Positions 47,302-59,001 of a stretch of 64,000 nucleotides of DNA are shown here, one piece after another. The DNA comes from an uncultured Turicimonas sp. (GTDB lineage Bacteria > Pseudomonadota > Gammaproteobacteria > Burkholderiales > Burkholderiaceae_F), in NCBI GenBank assembly GCA_947854175.1, contig CANTYJ010000071.1, positions 2,010 through 66,009 on the forward strand, in the 5' to 3' direction. How positions within the stretch are numbered: the stretch's first letter is position 1; the number at the start of each line of letters is the position of its first letter. A program made the translations under genes and the position numbers. The notes under the pieces were generated by a model, which did not search any database, was not told where the DNA came from, and saw nothing but the letters and a program-made list of their open reading frames with translations.

Positions 47302-47916
47302 TTGGCAAGAGGATCACGGAAAGATAATTACTAATTTTCTTTCTTTACTGAACAAAACCACAGTTCAATTTGTTTTAAAGGGAAGCACCGCTCTTTCTTG
47401 TTGTTACGGGTTAGATCGCTTTTCTGAAGATATAGATCTAGATGGAAAAAACAAGACATTAAAGAGATTATTAAAAGATTCTGTACAAGACATGGTTTCA
47501 CAATGAGAGTCGCAAAAGATACGACGACGGTTAAGAGGTGTTTAATTGACTATGGCGGCATTAAACCACTAAAAATTGAGGTTTCATACAGAAGAAAAGA
47601 AATACCGGATGAGGAAATCACTGTCATTAACACCATCCGCGTTTATAAAACAGACACTTTAGCGTCCATGAAATCATATGCCTATCAAGGAAGAGACAAG
47701 TTAAGAGCTTTATATGACTTGGCGTTTATCTGCGATCACTTTTATGACCAGCTGTCATTAACTACAAAATTCGGAATTCAAACAGCGTTGTCGTACAAAG
47801 GTTTGGAACAATTGGATTACTTATTAGCAACTCAAAATGATCCCCTGATACATGGACCAACGCTCACAGACAAATTTCTCAAGATGTATGAAAAAATGGG
47901 ATTGCTCTCTGATTAG
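47294..47916 (+). pseudogene. AbiEii/AbiGii (DUF1814)-like nucleotidyltransferase toxin, split by a frameshift in an A6 run
   Basis: ORF 47294-47506 carries LKGSTALSCCYGLDRFSEDIDLDG (the NTase G[ST]...D.D motif). ORF 47503-47916 carries KIEVSYR...KSYAYQGRDKLRALYDLAFI. The second frame is already open from 47428. One extra A at 47446-47451 would fuse them: ...DIDLDGKKQDIKEIIKRFCTRHGFTMRVAKD... Confidence 0.6.
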
Positions 47917-47955
47917 CTCATTCGTGATGTAAATTATTCTCTAGAAGGTTTGGAA

Positions 47956-47984
47956 GCTGAGGCAATCATTTATATCACCTCAGC
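47956..47984. terminator. Hairpin between the AbiEii-like gene and the amtB 3' end
   Basis: GCTGAGG/CCTCAGC stem, 15-nt loop, only weak T tracts. Confidence 0.35.
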
Positions 47985-48014
47985 TCATTTGTTCATTAGT
48001 CAGTAAATCAGAAC

Positions 48015-49750
<1,736 letters not shown>

Positions 49751-49987
49751 TCAATGTATTTAAAGGCTTTTAAGCAATTGAAAAAAGATAACTAAGGTAA
49801 TAACGGTTTGTTTAAGAAACATTGACTGCTCTTTTTCTGTGCACAGGTAATTACACCTAAAAATCATCCGGTTATTTAATGCCTCATTTGTAATGTTTTT
49901 TCTATAACGACTCAGAAGAAAGTTTGAGTGTGCTTCGCCGAAACTACTAAAATACGTTAAGAATAAACCTCAACCTCGGAGAAACTA

Positions 49988-51394
49988 ATGTACGACTTAC
50001 TCCTTAAAAATGCTTGGGTCGTTGACCCGTTAAATAGTGTCAACGGCATTGCAGATGTTGCCATTCAGGATGGAAAAATTGCCAAAGTTCAACGCGATAT
50101 CAGCGGGACTGCGAAAGAAACAATTGATTTCACAGGAATGACTTTGCAGCCCGGTATCATTGACAGTCACGTTCACCTCGGAACAATGTGGGGTTCTCCT
50201 TTTGGTCCTCGTATGCTCGCCATGAACGGTGTAACAACCTGCCTGGATATGGCCGGTCCGTTAAATGATATTCTTGACAACGTACCTCAATACGGTGTTG
50301 GCATCAACATGGCAATCCTGCAGTTTGCCTCCCCTCCCTTTACCTTCAAGAATTCAAATCCGACCCAGCAGGAAATGATCGACCTTATCGATAAATCCTT
50401 GGAAGATGGTGCGCTTGGTGTAAAACTTCTCGGCGGTCACTATCCTCTGGAACCTGAAGTCTCATCATTGCTGATTAAGACAGCTCTTGAAAGGCGTGCT
50501 TATGTTGCCTGGCATGCAGGAACTACGAAAAATGGCTCCAATATCAATGGCATGATCGAAGCCGTTAAAATGGCTGACGGTTATCCGCTTCATCTCGCAC
50601 ACATTAATGCATACTGCCGTGGCGCTATTCATGAAGCAATGGAAGAAACTGCAATCGCCATCGATTTGCTCAAAGCCAATCCCAATATCTTCTGCGAAAG
50701 TTACATTTCTCCAAAGAACGGAACACGCTTGACCTGCAATCCCGATGGAACCATACAGTCTAAAGTCACCGGAAACTGCTTGCGCGCATTCGGTTTTTCA
50801 GAAGATGCTGAAGGTGTACGCAAGGCTTTACTGGCTGGCAAAGCATTTGCTGTATACGATGCCGGCGGATACTCCGATCTTATGACCGGTGAAGATGCAC
50901 TCAAGATGTGGGAAGAAGCAAATACTGATGTCGGCGGCAGTTTCAACATTAATCCTCCGCTTCCAAGAATTGCACTGGCTCAGGCTAAAAGAGATGACGG
51001 CGCATTTGTCGTTGATGCCATCTCTACTGACGGCGGTTGTATCCCACGTAACGTCATTCTCTCTCAAGGTCTGTCTTTAGTAAAACTCGACATCCTTACT
51101 CTGAGCGAGTTCGCCCAAAAGACCTCACTGAATCCTGCCCGGATGTTAAGACTCAAAGACAAGGGACACCTTTCAGAAGGTGCTGATGCCGATATCACTG
51201 TCTACAACCTCGATACACAAAAACCGGTCGCTTCTTTCATCGATGGTAAGAAGATTCTCTTTAACGGTGAGCTGGTCTCCAAAGGTGCCACAGTTATTTG
51301 TACCAAACACGGTAAAGATGCAATTGAAAACCGCGGCATGAAAGCGATTGTTGTCGATCCAGGTAAACAGATTGAAAGAATCTCTGCTCTTTAA
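49988..51394 (+). CDS. Amidohydrolase-superfamily metallohydrolase (substrate unknown)
   Basis: 468 aa. N-terminal beta-sandwich (LLLKNAWVVDP...DVAIQDGKI) and the HxH motif IIDSHVHLG. Confidence 0.72.
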   Translation: MYDLLLKNAWVVDPLNSVNGIADVAIQDGKIAKVQRDISGTAKETIDFTGMTLQPGIIDSHVHLGTMWGSPFGPRMLAMNGVTTCLDMAGPLNDILDNVPQYGVGINMAILQFASPPFTFKNSNPTQQEMIDLIDKSLEDGALGVKLLGGHYPLEPEVSSLLIKTALERRAYVAWHAGTTKNGSNINGMIEAVKMADGYPLHLAHINAYCRGAIHEAMEETAIAIDLLKANPNIFCESYISPKNGTRLTCNPDGTIQSKVTGNCLRAFGFSEDAEGVRKALLAGKAFAVYDAGGYSDLMTGEDALKMWEEANTDVGGSFNINPPLPRIALAQAKRDDGAFVVDAISTDGGCIPRNVILSQGLSLVKLDILTLSEFAQKTSLNPARMLRLKDKGHLSEGADADITVYNLDTQKPVASFIDGKKILFNGELVSKGATVICTKHGKDAIENRGMKAIVVDPGKQIERISAL

Positions 51395-51418
51395 TTTTTT
51401 CTTGCTATTGTTTGATTT

Positions 51419-51444
51419 GGAAGGACCTTCGTCCTTCCTTTTTT
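51419..51444 (+). terminator. Intrinsic terminator of the amidohydrolase gene
   Basis: GGAAGGAC/GTCCTTCC stem, CTTC loop, T6. Confidence 0.85.
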
Positions 51445-51535
51445 AATGAGTCAATGTGCACAAAGTAGTTCGGAATCAACGCAAACTGCTCGTTAACTCG
51501 TATAAACTTTCGGATCGTGTTTAAGGCAAGGGAAA

Positions 51536-53299
51536 ATGCGTTTCAGAAGATTAGTTAGTGTTGTTGGGCTAACAGCCATGGTAATGTTTGGCTGTTCGCT
51601 GCCTGCTGTCTCTACAGCTGCTCCCGCAGCCAACCAGGACGCAAGAGTAGTGTTTGACCCTCCGAAGCCTCAAAAATTTTCGGAAGATGTACTCCCGGAG
51701 CTTGAGCTTTCAGGAAGCTTATTGTTCCAGATTTTGGCTAGTGAAATTGCTCTTCAAAGAGGAGAGCTCGGAGCCGCCTTTACAACTTACATGAAAGTGG
51801 CCGAGGAGACCGGAGATCCTCGTCTGGCTGAAAGGGCGTTTGAAATCGCACAATTGGCTCAGGCTCCGAAAGAACTGCTCAAGGCTGTCTTGCTCTGGAA
51901 CAAACTCGCACCCGGCAATAAAAAAGCCCAGGAAATGCTCATTCGTTTAGGAATTCACTTTGAGCAATACAATAGAGTCCTTCCAACAGTTATCTCTTAT
52001 CTTTCACAGGTCCCTAAACCCGGTGAAGAAATCTCACGTATTCAAAGCCAGCTCCTGGTCGGTAAAGACCGTAAAAAAGCATTGTCATTCTTCAAAAGAG
52101 CGACTGCCAAGTACAAGAATCTAGTAGAAACAAAGTTGGGTCTTGCACGCCTGGAAAGTCTTGCAGGTAACCGCAAGACGGCGGAAAGCCTTGCTAAGGC
52201 GGCCTACAAGCAGAGTCCGAATTCTGAAACGGTTATGGCCCTGGCCACGGTTCTTTTGAGAAGCAAATCCGCTACAGCACAAAAAGAGGCACGCCAGGTT
52301 CTTGCACAATACCTTTCGAGGAATCTGAAAGATACAAAAGTACGAGATTCCTATGCTCAGTTGTTGCTGTTAGCCAATGATTACGATCAGTTCTTATCAT
52401 TGGTAAAGAAATACCCCCAGGATCATGCATTTGAACTAAGTGCGGCTGTTTCCCTTCTACAAAATGGTAAGGAAGAAGATGGCAAAGCTATCCTGTTAAA
52501 GCTCTCAAAGCTGCAACAGGATAAAAATGATCAAAGCGTACCTCAGAAAGCTTTGCTTCTGTTAAGTGAGCTGGAACTTGAACAGAAGAACTACAAGCAG
52601 GCGTTGGACTATACCGGCATGGTAACCGGTTTAATGCGTCCTGCAGCCCTGATCCAAAAAGCCAATATTTACTCAAAACAAGGCAACTACGAACAGGCCC
52701 TAACAACTCTGAAGGCGGTTGACTCAACAGACAATCCTGCAATTGCCGAAGAAGTGGCGATTGTAGAAGCCAGGTTAATAACCGAGATTAAAGACGATAA
52801 AGCGGCTTTGGCTCATCTTGAGAGTTTCTTAAAAAAACAACCGGAAGCTAAAAATGCTCATTATGAAGCCGGTATGTTGGCAGAACGGCTTGACGATATC
52901 AAAAAAACGGAAAGTCACTTAAGAGAAGCGATAAAAATCGATCCGGGTTTTGCCAATGCATTCAACTCGTTGGGATACACACTTCTGGAGAGAACGAACC
53001 GCTTGAAAGAAGCTGAAGAATTTATCAAGGCGGCCTACCGGTTAGAACCCCAGAATCCGTATATTTTGGATTCCATGGGTTGGCTATACTACAAGCAGAA
53101 GAAGTATGCTGAAGCTATTAATTACTTGAATGACGCTCTTCTTCAGCTCGAAAGTGAAGATATCATGCTTCATCTGGCAGAGGTCTACTGGATCTCCAAT
53201 CAGCATGATGAAGCGCGCCTTACTCTAAAAAGAGCAAAGGAATTGTGGCCCGACTCTGAGGATATCGATGCTCTGGTTAAAACTCTCGGTATTAAATGA
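51536..53299 (+). CDS. Tetratricopeptide-repeat protein (probable lipoprotein) upstream of lolB
   Basis: 587 aa. Signal/lipobox MVMFGCS. Multiple TPR-like A/L/Y-rich repeats. 4-nt overlap with the lolB start. Confidence 0.7.
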   Translation: MRFRRLVSVVGLTAMVMFGCSLPAVSTAAPAANQDARVVFDPPKPQKFSEDVLPELELSGSLLFQILASEIALQRGELGAAFTTYMKVAEETGDPRLAERAFEIAQLAQAPKELLKAVLLWNKLAPGNKKAQEMLIRLGIHFEQYNRVLPTVISYLSQVPKPGEEISRIQSQLLVGKDRKKALSFFKRATAKYKNLVETKLGLARLESLAGNRKTAESLAKAAYKQSPNSETVMALATVLLRSKSATAQKEARQVLAQYLSRNLKDTKVRDSYAQLLLLANDYDQFLSLVKKYPQDHAFELSAAVSLLQNGKEEDGKAILLKLSKLQQDKNDQSVPQKALLLLSELELEQKNYKQALDYTGMVTGLMRPAALIQKANIYSKQGNYEQALTTLKAVDSTDNPAIAEEVAIVEARLITEIKDDKAALAHLESFLKKQPEAKNAHYEAGMLAERLDDIKKTESHLREAIKIDPGFANAFNSLGYTLLERTNRLKEAEEFIKAAYRLEPQNPYILDSMGWLYYKQKKYAEAINYLNDALLQLESEDIMLHLAEVYWISNQHDEARLTLKRAKELWPDSEDIDALVKTLGIK

Positions 53300-53823
53300 A
53301 ACTAAAATTTTTACGACTCTTTTTCGTTATTCCTTTTTTTTGTTTTCTGGTTGCTTGTTCGACTCCAAAAGTTGAACAAATGGCCGGCCAGAATTCTTGG
53401 CAGGGGAAATTCTCTTTATTAACCAAAAAAGACGGTTATACCGACCGGAACACCGGCACTTTTCTTCTGACTGATACCGGCAACCAAACTGAACTGCTTT
53501 TAAAAGGCCCTCTGGGAGCAACGGCTGCATCTCTGACGGAAAATGCGGGAGGAGCGGTTCTTCTTATTCCCGGAGAAGATCCCCTTCGAGGGAAAAACAG
53601 TGAAGAAATCATTGCCAGAATCATAGGTGCACCACTTAATCTGCAGGATTTAATCAGCGGACTGACCGTCAATAATTTCTCCAAGGATGTTTTAAAAGAA
53701 TTGGAAAGGACCGGATGGTCAGTAGCCGCACAAAAAGAAAAAGACAAAATCACCAGAATTACAGTCTCAAGAAAAGAAACCTCTAGGTTGCCTGCAGTGA
53801 CTCTCATATTTCTTATTCGATAG
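53296..53823 (+). CDS. lolB: Outer-membrane lipoprotein receptor LolB
   Basis: 175 aa. Lipobox FLVACS. WQGKFSL...GTFLL pattern and conserved position before ispE. Confidence 0.7.
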   Translation: MKLKFLRLFFVIPFFCFLVACSTPKVEQMAGQNSWQGKFSLLTKKDGYTDRNTGTFLLTDTGNQTELLLKGPLGATAASLTENAGGAVLLIPGEDPLRGKNSEEIIARIIGAPLNLQDLISGLTVNNFSKDVLKELERTGWSVAAQKEKDKITRITVSRKETSRLPAVTLIFLIR

Positions 53824-53865
53824 AATGAGACATTAGAAAAAGTCTTTTTGGTTACAAAATTATTC

Positions 53866-54723
53866 ATGCTCAAAAATTATCTGGATCTTCCCGCTCCTGC
53901 AAAAGTTAATCTGTTTCTGCATATCGTTGGAAGACGCCCTGACGGCTACCACCTTTTGCAGTCGGTATTCCAGCTTATCGACTTGTGTGATTATCTTTCT
54001 TTTGAAGAAACTGACAACGGAAAAATAGAGAGATGCGGAGACATCGACTGGCCGAAGGAAACAGACCTCTGTTATAAAGCGGCTCTCTTACTGCAACAAA
54101 GCTGCCCGCAAAAGGGTGTCCGTATTACCGTAAAGAAAAATATTCCTCATGGTGCGGGGCTTGGCGGAGGTTCCTCAGATGCGGCTACTACTCTGATTGC
54201 ATTAAACCGGATGTGGGAGCTGGATCTGCCGAGAACAAAATTAATGAAAATCGGAGAAAAGCTTGGAGCCGATGTTCCTTTTTTTATATTCGGACAGACT
54301 GCTTTTGTGGAGGGAATCGGTGAAATCATGCAGGAAATAGACGTTCCTGATCTCCAGTTCCTAATGATTTTTCCGGGAATTTCGATCCCAACTTTAGAAC
54401 TATTTAAAAATCCCCAGTTGACACGAAATTCAAAAATGTGCAGAATATCGCACCTTAGAGAATTCATGAAGAATTTTGATCAATCGCCATGGGGGCGAAA
54501 CGACATGCAAAAAGTCGCTCGAACCCTGTATGCTCCGGTTGACGAAGCTTTGAGAATGCTCGCTCCGTACGGGAGTCCGCGGATGACAGGATCAGGTTCT
54601 GTTGTTTATGCGGCGGGGAAGAATATCGGTGAAAAATCGGTTAAAATAACGCTTCCTAATAACTGGCGACAGTGGACTGTCGACGGTTTGAAAAAACATC
54701 CGTTATGGAGTTGGACTCAGTAA
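53866..54723 (+). CDS. ispE: 4-diphosphocytidyl-2-C-methyl-D-erythritol kinase
   Basis: 285 aa from ATG 53866 (TTG 53848 is possible). Motifs PAPAKVNLFLHIVGRRPDGYH, IPHGAGLGGGSSDAA, MTGSGS. Confidence 0.9.
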   Translation: MLKNYLDLPAPAKVNLFLHIVGRRPDGYHLLQSVFQLIDLCDYLSFEETDNGKIERCGDIDWPKETDLCYKAALLLQQSCPQKGVRITVKKNIPHGAGLGGGSSDAATTLIALNRMWELDLPRTKLMKIGEKLGADVPFFIFGQTAFVEGIGEIMQEIDVPDLQFLMIFPGISIPTLELFKNPQLTRNSKMCRISHLREFMKNFDQSPWGRNDMQKVARTLYAPVDEALRMLAPYGSPRMTGSGSVVYAAGKNIGEKSVKITLPNNWRQWTVDGLKKHPLWSWTQ

Positions 54724-54749
54724 GGGTCCGATGAAAATCTGGATACAGC

Positions 54750-54826
54750 AGGGGAGTAGCCAAGTTGGTCAAGGCACCGGGTTTTGATCCCGGCATGCGT
54801 GGGTTCGAGTCCTTCCTCCCCTGCCA
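54750..54826 (+). tRNA. tRNA-Gln (anticodon UUG), CCA encoded
   Basis: Hand-folded cloverleaf. Acceptor AGGGGAG/CTCCCCT; anticodon stem CCGGG/CCCGG with loop TTTTGAT; T-loop TTCGAGT; 77 nt. The T-stem has one U-U mismatch and one G-U pair. A T7 run follows. Confidence 0.88.
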
Positions 54827-54878
54827 TTTTTTTCAGGCCGGCATCAGTTCCGGTCTTTAATTTATCGAGCATACAGTC

Positions 54879-55838
54879 ATGGTCCAAATGGTCCCCGAAA
54901 ACCTGATGATTTTTTCAGGCAATGCCAATAGAAAGCTTGCAGAAGCAGTAGGCGCACATTTACACATCCCTCTTGGAAGAGCAAATGTTTCCCGTTTTTC
55001 TGACGGAGAAGTCCAAGTTGAGTTATTAGAAAACGTCCGCGGCAAGGACGTTTTTATCGTCCAACCGACTTGCAAGCCTACCAATGATAACCTGATGGAA
55101 CTCGTTATCATGGTTGACGCTCTGCGCAGGGCATCTGCCGCCAGAATTACAGCAGTTATTCCTTACTACGGTTATGCACGCCAGGACAGACGTCCCCGTT
55201 CTACCCGTGTTGCAATCAGCGCCAAAGTTGTTGCCAATATGCTCCAGGCTGCCGGCATTGACCGAGTCCTGACGATGGACTTGCACGCTGATCAAATCCA
55301 AGGTTTCTTCGATGTTCCGGTCGACAATATTTATGCCAGCCCAATCCTTCTCGGAGACCTCTGGACAAAAAACTACAATGATCTCGTTGTCGTTTCACCG
55401 GACGTCGGTGGTGTTGTCCGCGCCCGTGCAGTGGCAAAGAGAATGGAAACAGACTTGGCTATCATCGACAAACGTCGTCCGAGAGCCAATGTGTCCGAAG
55501 TTATGAATATCATCGGTGAAATTGAAAACCGCACCTGCGTTATCGTTGACGATATCGTTGATACAGCCGGTACGTTATGTCATGCCGCCGATGCTTTGAA
55601 GGAAAGAGGAGCCAAACGGGTGTTAGCCTATGCAACCCATCCGGTTTTCTCTGGGAATGCTGTAGAAAAAATTACAAAATCAGCACTTGATGAAGTTGTA
55701 GTTACTGATACAATTCCACTCCGCGAAGATGCGTTGAACTGCTCTAAAATTAGACAGTTATCCTGCTCTTCATTAATAGGCGAAACAATTTCGCGCATTG
55801 CTTGCGAATCATCGGTAAGCAGCTTGTTTGCCGAATAA
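54879..55838 (+). CDS. prs: Ribose-phosphate pyrophosphokinase
   Basis: 319 aa. Motifs [14 protein letters not shown], and the PRPP loop [12 protein letters not shown]. Confidence 0.92.
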   Translation: MVQMVPENLMIFSGNANRKLAEAVGAHLHIPLGRANVSRFSDGEVQVELLENVRGKDVFIVQPTCKPTNDNLMELVIMVDALRRASAARITAVIPYYGYARQDRRPRSTRVAISAKVVANMLQAAGIDRVLTMDLHADQIQGFFDVPVDNIYASPILLGDLWTKNYNDLVVVSPDVGGVVRARAVAKRMETDLAIIDKRRPRANVSEVMNIIGEIENRTCVIVDDIVDTAGTLCHAADALKERGAKRVLAYATHPVFSGNAVEKITKSALDEVVVTDTIPLREDALNCSKIRQLSCSSLIGETISRIACESSVSSLFAE

Positions 55839-55860
55839 TAAGCATTAATTTTTTACCCTG

Positions 55861-55893
55861 CTACTGGCTGGTCGCGGTCAGTAGTTTTGTTTT
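55861..55893 (+). terminator. Probable terminator after prs
   Basis: CTACTG/CAGTAG stem, then TTTTGTTTT. Confidence 0.5.
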
Positions 55894-55906
55894 GGAGTTT
55901 TTTTAA

Positions 55907-56545
55907 ATGAAATTTACTGCATCTACACGTAAAGACCAAGGTACGGGTGCGAGCCGCCGCCTTCGTCGTGCCGACAAACTTCCCGGAATCGTATACGGCG
56001 GAAAAGTGCCGGCAACTCCTATCGAGCTCGATCACAATGAAATTTTCCACGCTCTTCGCAAGGAAAAATTCCATGCATCTATTCTCGATATGGAATTAGA
56101 TGGTAAAGACGAAAAAGTATTGCTTCGTGCTTTCCAGATGCATCCTTACAAACCGCAAGTATTGCACATCGACTTCCAGCGTATTGCTGCTGATGAACCG
56201 ATTCATATGCATGTACCTCTTCACTTCGTTGGCGAAGAGAAGTCTCCTGCAGTTACAATTGATAAGGCTAACGTTAACCACGCTATCACCGATATCGAAG
56301 TTTCCTGCTTGCCGGCTCAATTGCCTGAGTTCATCGTTGTTGATCTGTCCGGTTTGACAGTTCAGGAACCTGTTCACGTTTCTGACTTGAAGTTGCCGGA
56401 AGGTGTTACAGCAGTTCTGAAGCCGGAAGAAGATCCGACTGTTGCCTCCGCTGTTGTTCTCTCTGAAGAAACAGAAAGCGAAGAACCGACAGTTGCTCCT
56501 GACGCAGTTCCTGCTACAGCAGAAAAATCTGAGTCTGCCCAGTAA
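55907..56545 (+). CDS. rplY: 50S ribosomal protein L25 / general stress protein Ctc form
   Basis: 212 aa. Motifs RRLRRADKLPGIVYGG and HPYKPQVLHIDFQR. Acidic C-terminal extension. Confidence 0.9.
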   Translation: MKFTASTRKDQGTGASRRLRRADKLPGIVYGGKVPATPIELDHNEIFHALRKEKFHASILDMELDGKDEKVLLRAFQMHPYKPQVLHIDFQRIAADEPIHMHVPLHFVGEEKSPAVTIDKANVNHAITDIEVSCLPAQLPEFIVVDLSGLTVQEPVHVSDLKLPEGVTAVLKPEEDPTVASAVVLSEETESEEPTVAPDAVPATAEKSESAQ

Positions 56546-56565
56546 TTAAAATCTGCTCAAAAAGG

Positions 56566-56594
56566 CCCCGCTTCCTCACGGTTGCGGGGTTTTT
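56566..56594 (+). terminator. Intrinsic terminator of rplY
   Basis: CCCCGC/GCGGGG stem, then T5. Confidence 0.7.
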
Positions 56595-56656
56595 CTGTTC
56601 ATAATGCTCAGACTATTGACAGTCGCGCCTTAGAGCGTGACATTGGAGATCTATAA

Positions 56657-58405
56657 ATGTCTGAAAATCTTTTTGAGAAATTAGGGCTCGACGAAAAGCT
56701 TGCTAATTCTCTTTCTAGACTTGGTTTTGAAGAACCTACTCCGATTCAGGAAAAAGCCATCCCGGCTCTTCTTGAAGGAAGAGATGTCCTCGGACAAGCC
56801 GCTACAGGTACCGGAAAGACAGCTGCTTTTTCATTACCGTTAATTCAAAGATATTGTTTAAATACAGAGCCGAAGTCACCTAAAGTTCTGATTCTTACAC
56901 CAACGAGAGAACTTTGTATTCAGGTTTCTGAAGCTATTCTCAGTTACAGCCGCGACTCAGGTGTTTATGTCACACCTATTTACGGCGGTCAGGACTATAG
57001 TCGCCAGATCAAGGCATTAAACCGGGGTGTTCATATTGTTGTCGCCACACCGGGCCGTGCTCTCGATCACATTAGACGGGGCACTTTACAGCTTGATAAG
57101 ATTGAAGCAGTTGTCTTAGATGAAGCCGACGAAATGCTCGACATGGGATTTGCTGAAGACTTGGATGCAATTCTCAGCTCGTTGCCAGAAACACGTCAAA
57201 CAGCCCTCTTCTCTGCAACGCTGCCGGCCAGAATTACTAAGATGGCTGAAAATCAGCTGGAGGATCCCTACAGGATTTTAATTCCGAAGGAAAAGCTTCC
57301 GGAAGGTGAACAACCTAAAGTCAGACAGTCCGCCTATATCGTTGGTAGAAATTACAGAGTCGCTGCACTGGGCAGAATTCTTGATATTGAAAGTCCTAAA
57401 CTGGCAATTGTTTTTGCAAGAACCAGAAATGAAGTTGACGAATTAGCCGAAAGCCTCAGAGGCCGTGGCTACAGCGTTGAACCTTTACACGGTGGTCTTG
57501 ATCAGGCTCAAAGAGACCGTGTTATGAAACGTGCCCGTGCCGAGCAGGTTGATGTTATTGTTGCAACTGACGTTGCCGCCCGAGGCATCGATATTGAGCA
57601 TCTTACCCACGTCATCAATTATGGTATTCCGGCTACAACCGAAACTTATATTCACCGTATCGGACGTACTGGACGTGCGGGCCGTGAGGGAACGGCAATC
57701 ACAATTCTCGAACCGAGAGAAAGCCGTTTGCTGAAAAATATTGAACGAGCCACAAAACAGAAGATCCAGATTCTCTCTGTTCCGACCGCTACAGACGTTC
57801 ATGCCAAGAGACTGGATTTAACCCGAGCTTCCATTCATGAAATCCTGGTTAACGAAAACGAACTCGGAAGATATCGTTCCATCGTTGAAACTTTGAGCAA
57901 CGATTTTGACGTCCTTGACGTTGCAGCCGCAGCTGTAAAACTCGCCAATGAAAACAACTGGAAGGATTCTTATGACGTTGAGATTCCGAGCCAGATTGGA
58001 ATCAAGGAAGAGTCAAGAAAGCCTCGTAAATCAGCTTCTTCTAAGACACGTCGTACTTCCGAAGGAATGATTCGTTTGTTTATCGGAACCGGCAGAGACT
58101 CCGGCATTCGTCCTCAGGACTTGGTCGGCGCAATCGCCAATGAAGCCGGCGTTTCCTCTAAACTTATCGGTTCAATTGATATTGCCGACCGTTACTCTTT
58201 AGTTGAAGTTGACGAAGAAATTGCCCAAAACGTTATTTTTGCTTTGAGAAATGCTTACATCAAGGGAAAACAGTGCGTTGTAAGGTATGATCGTCCGCCT
58301 GAAGGGAACAACTTCCTTGAAGGAAAAGAACCGAGCTTTTCTAAGAGAGGTAAGAAATCTCCTTCACGTGATAAGAAAAAGAGTAAATCGTCAAAGAGTA
58401 AATAA
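56657..58405 (+). CDS. deaD: DEAD-box ATP-dependent RNA helicase (DeaD/CsdA-like with DbpA-type C-terminal RNA-binding domain)
   Basis: 582 aa. Q motif PTPIQ, plus AATGTGKT, DEADEM, SAT and HRIGRTGRAG. K/S-rich tail. Confidence 0.85.
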   Translation: MSENLFEKLGLDEKLANSLSRLGFEEPTPIQEKAIPALLEGRDVLGQAATGTGKTAAFSLPLIQRYCLNTEPKSPKVLILTPTRELCIQVSEAILSYSRDSGVYVTPIYGGQDYSRQIKALNRGVHIVVATPGRALDHIRRGTLQLDKIEAVVLDEADEMLDMGFAEDLDAILSSLPETRQTALFSATLPARITKMAENQLEDPYRILIPKEKLPEGEQPKVRQSAYIVGRNYRVAALGRILDIESPKLAIVFARTRNEVDELAESLRGRGYSVEPLHGGLDQAQRDRVMKRARAEQVDVIVATDVAARGIDIEHLTHVINYGIPATTETYIHRIGRTGRAGREGTAITILEPRESRLLKNIERATKQKIQILSVPTATDVHAKRLDLTRASIHEILVNENELGRYRSIVETLSNDFDVLDVAAAAVKLANENNWKDSYDVEIPSQIGIKEESRKPRKSASSKTRRTSEGMIRLFIGTGRDSGIRPQDLVGAIANEAGVSSKLIGSIDIADRYSLVEVDEEIAQNVIFALRNAYIKGKQCVVRYDRPPEGNNFLEGKEPSFSKRGKKSPSRDKKKSKSSKSK

Positions 58406-59001
58406 TGAGTAAGGAAGTAATGCCTCCGGTGAAATTAATCGTCGGACTTGGAAATATCGGTCAAGCTTATGTTGACACCAGACATAATGTCGGTTTCATG
58501 TTTACCGATGAAGTTCTAATCAAATTCGGGGGCTTCTTCCATGACAATAAACGTTATTTCGGACAGACTGCAACCACCAGGATTGCAGGTCGTGACGTAA
58601 TGGTGCTACAGCCATCAACTTTGATGAATCTGTCTGGGAAAGCGGTTTCTGCCTTAGCTACTTTTTATAAATACAAACCGGAAGAAATTCTTGTCGTTCA
58701 TGATGAGCTTGATCTTCCGCCCGGCGTTGTTAAATACAAAATTGGCGGCGGTTGTGCCGGCCATAATGGTTTAAAAAGTATCGCATCCCTGTTGGGAAGT
58801 CAAAATTTCCAGCGTCTTCGTCTTGGAATCGGCCATCCTAGAGATAAGCAGCTTCAGACTCCGGTCGCTGATTATGTATTAAGCCGTCCTAGCCGCGATG
58901 ACAGGATCTTAATCTCACAGGCCATTGCCAAGGGAATTGAATATCTACCTTTAATAATTGAGGGTGACACTCAGAAAGCTCTTCAAGATATCAATACATG
59001 A
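58405..59001 (+). CDS. pth: Peptidyl-tRNA hydrolase
   Basis: 198 aa. Motifs LIVGLGNIG, TRHNVGF, GGCAGHNGLKS. Confidence 0.92.
   Translation: MSKEVMPPVKLIVGLGNIGQAYVDTRHNVGFMFTDEVLIKFGGFFHDNKRYFGQTATTRIAGRDVMVLQPSTLMNLSGKAVSALATFYKYKPEEILVVHDELDLPPGVVKYKIGGGCAGHNGLKSIASLLGSQNFQRLRLGIGHPRDKQLQTPVADYVLSRPSRDDRILISQAIAKGIEYLPLIIEGDTQKALQDINT

Noticed and set aside
47446-47451. Programmed ribosomal frameshifting at the A6 run of the AbiEii-like gene
   Set aside because: There is no downstream stimulatory structure or known slippery heptamer context. Mutation, phase variation or sequencing error are simpler explanations.
49836-49856. NtrC-type enhancer dyad upstream of glnK
   Set aside because: GTGCACAGGTAATTACACC matches TGCACC-N5-GGTGCA only loosely. 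I mention it in a finding but it is not strong enough to annotate as a feature.
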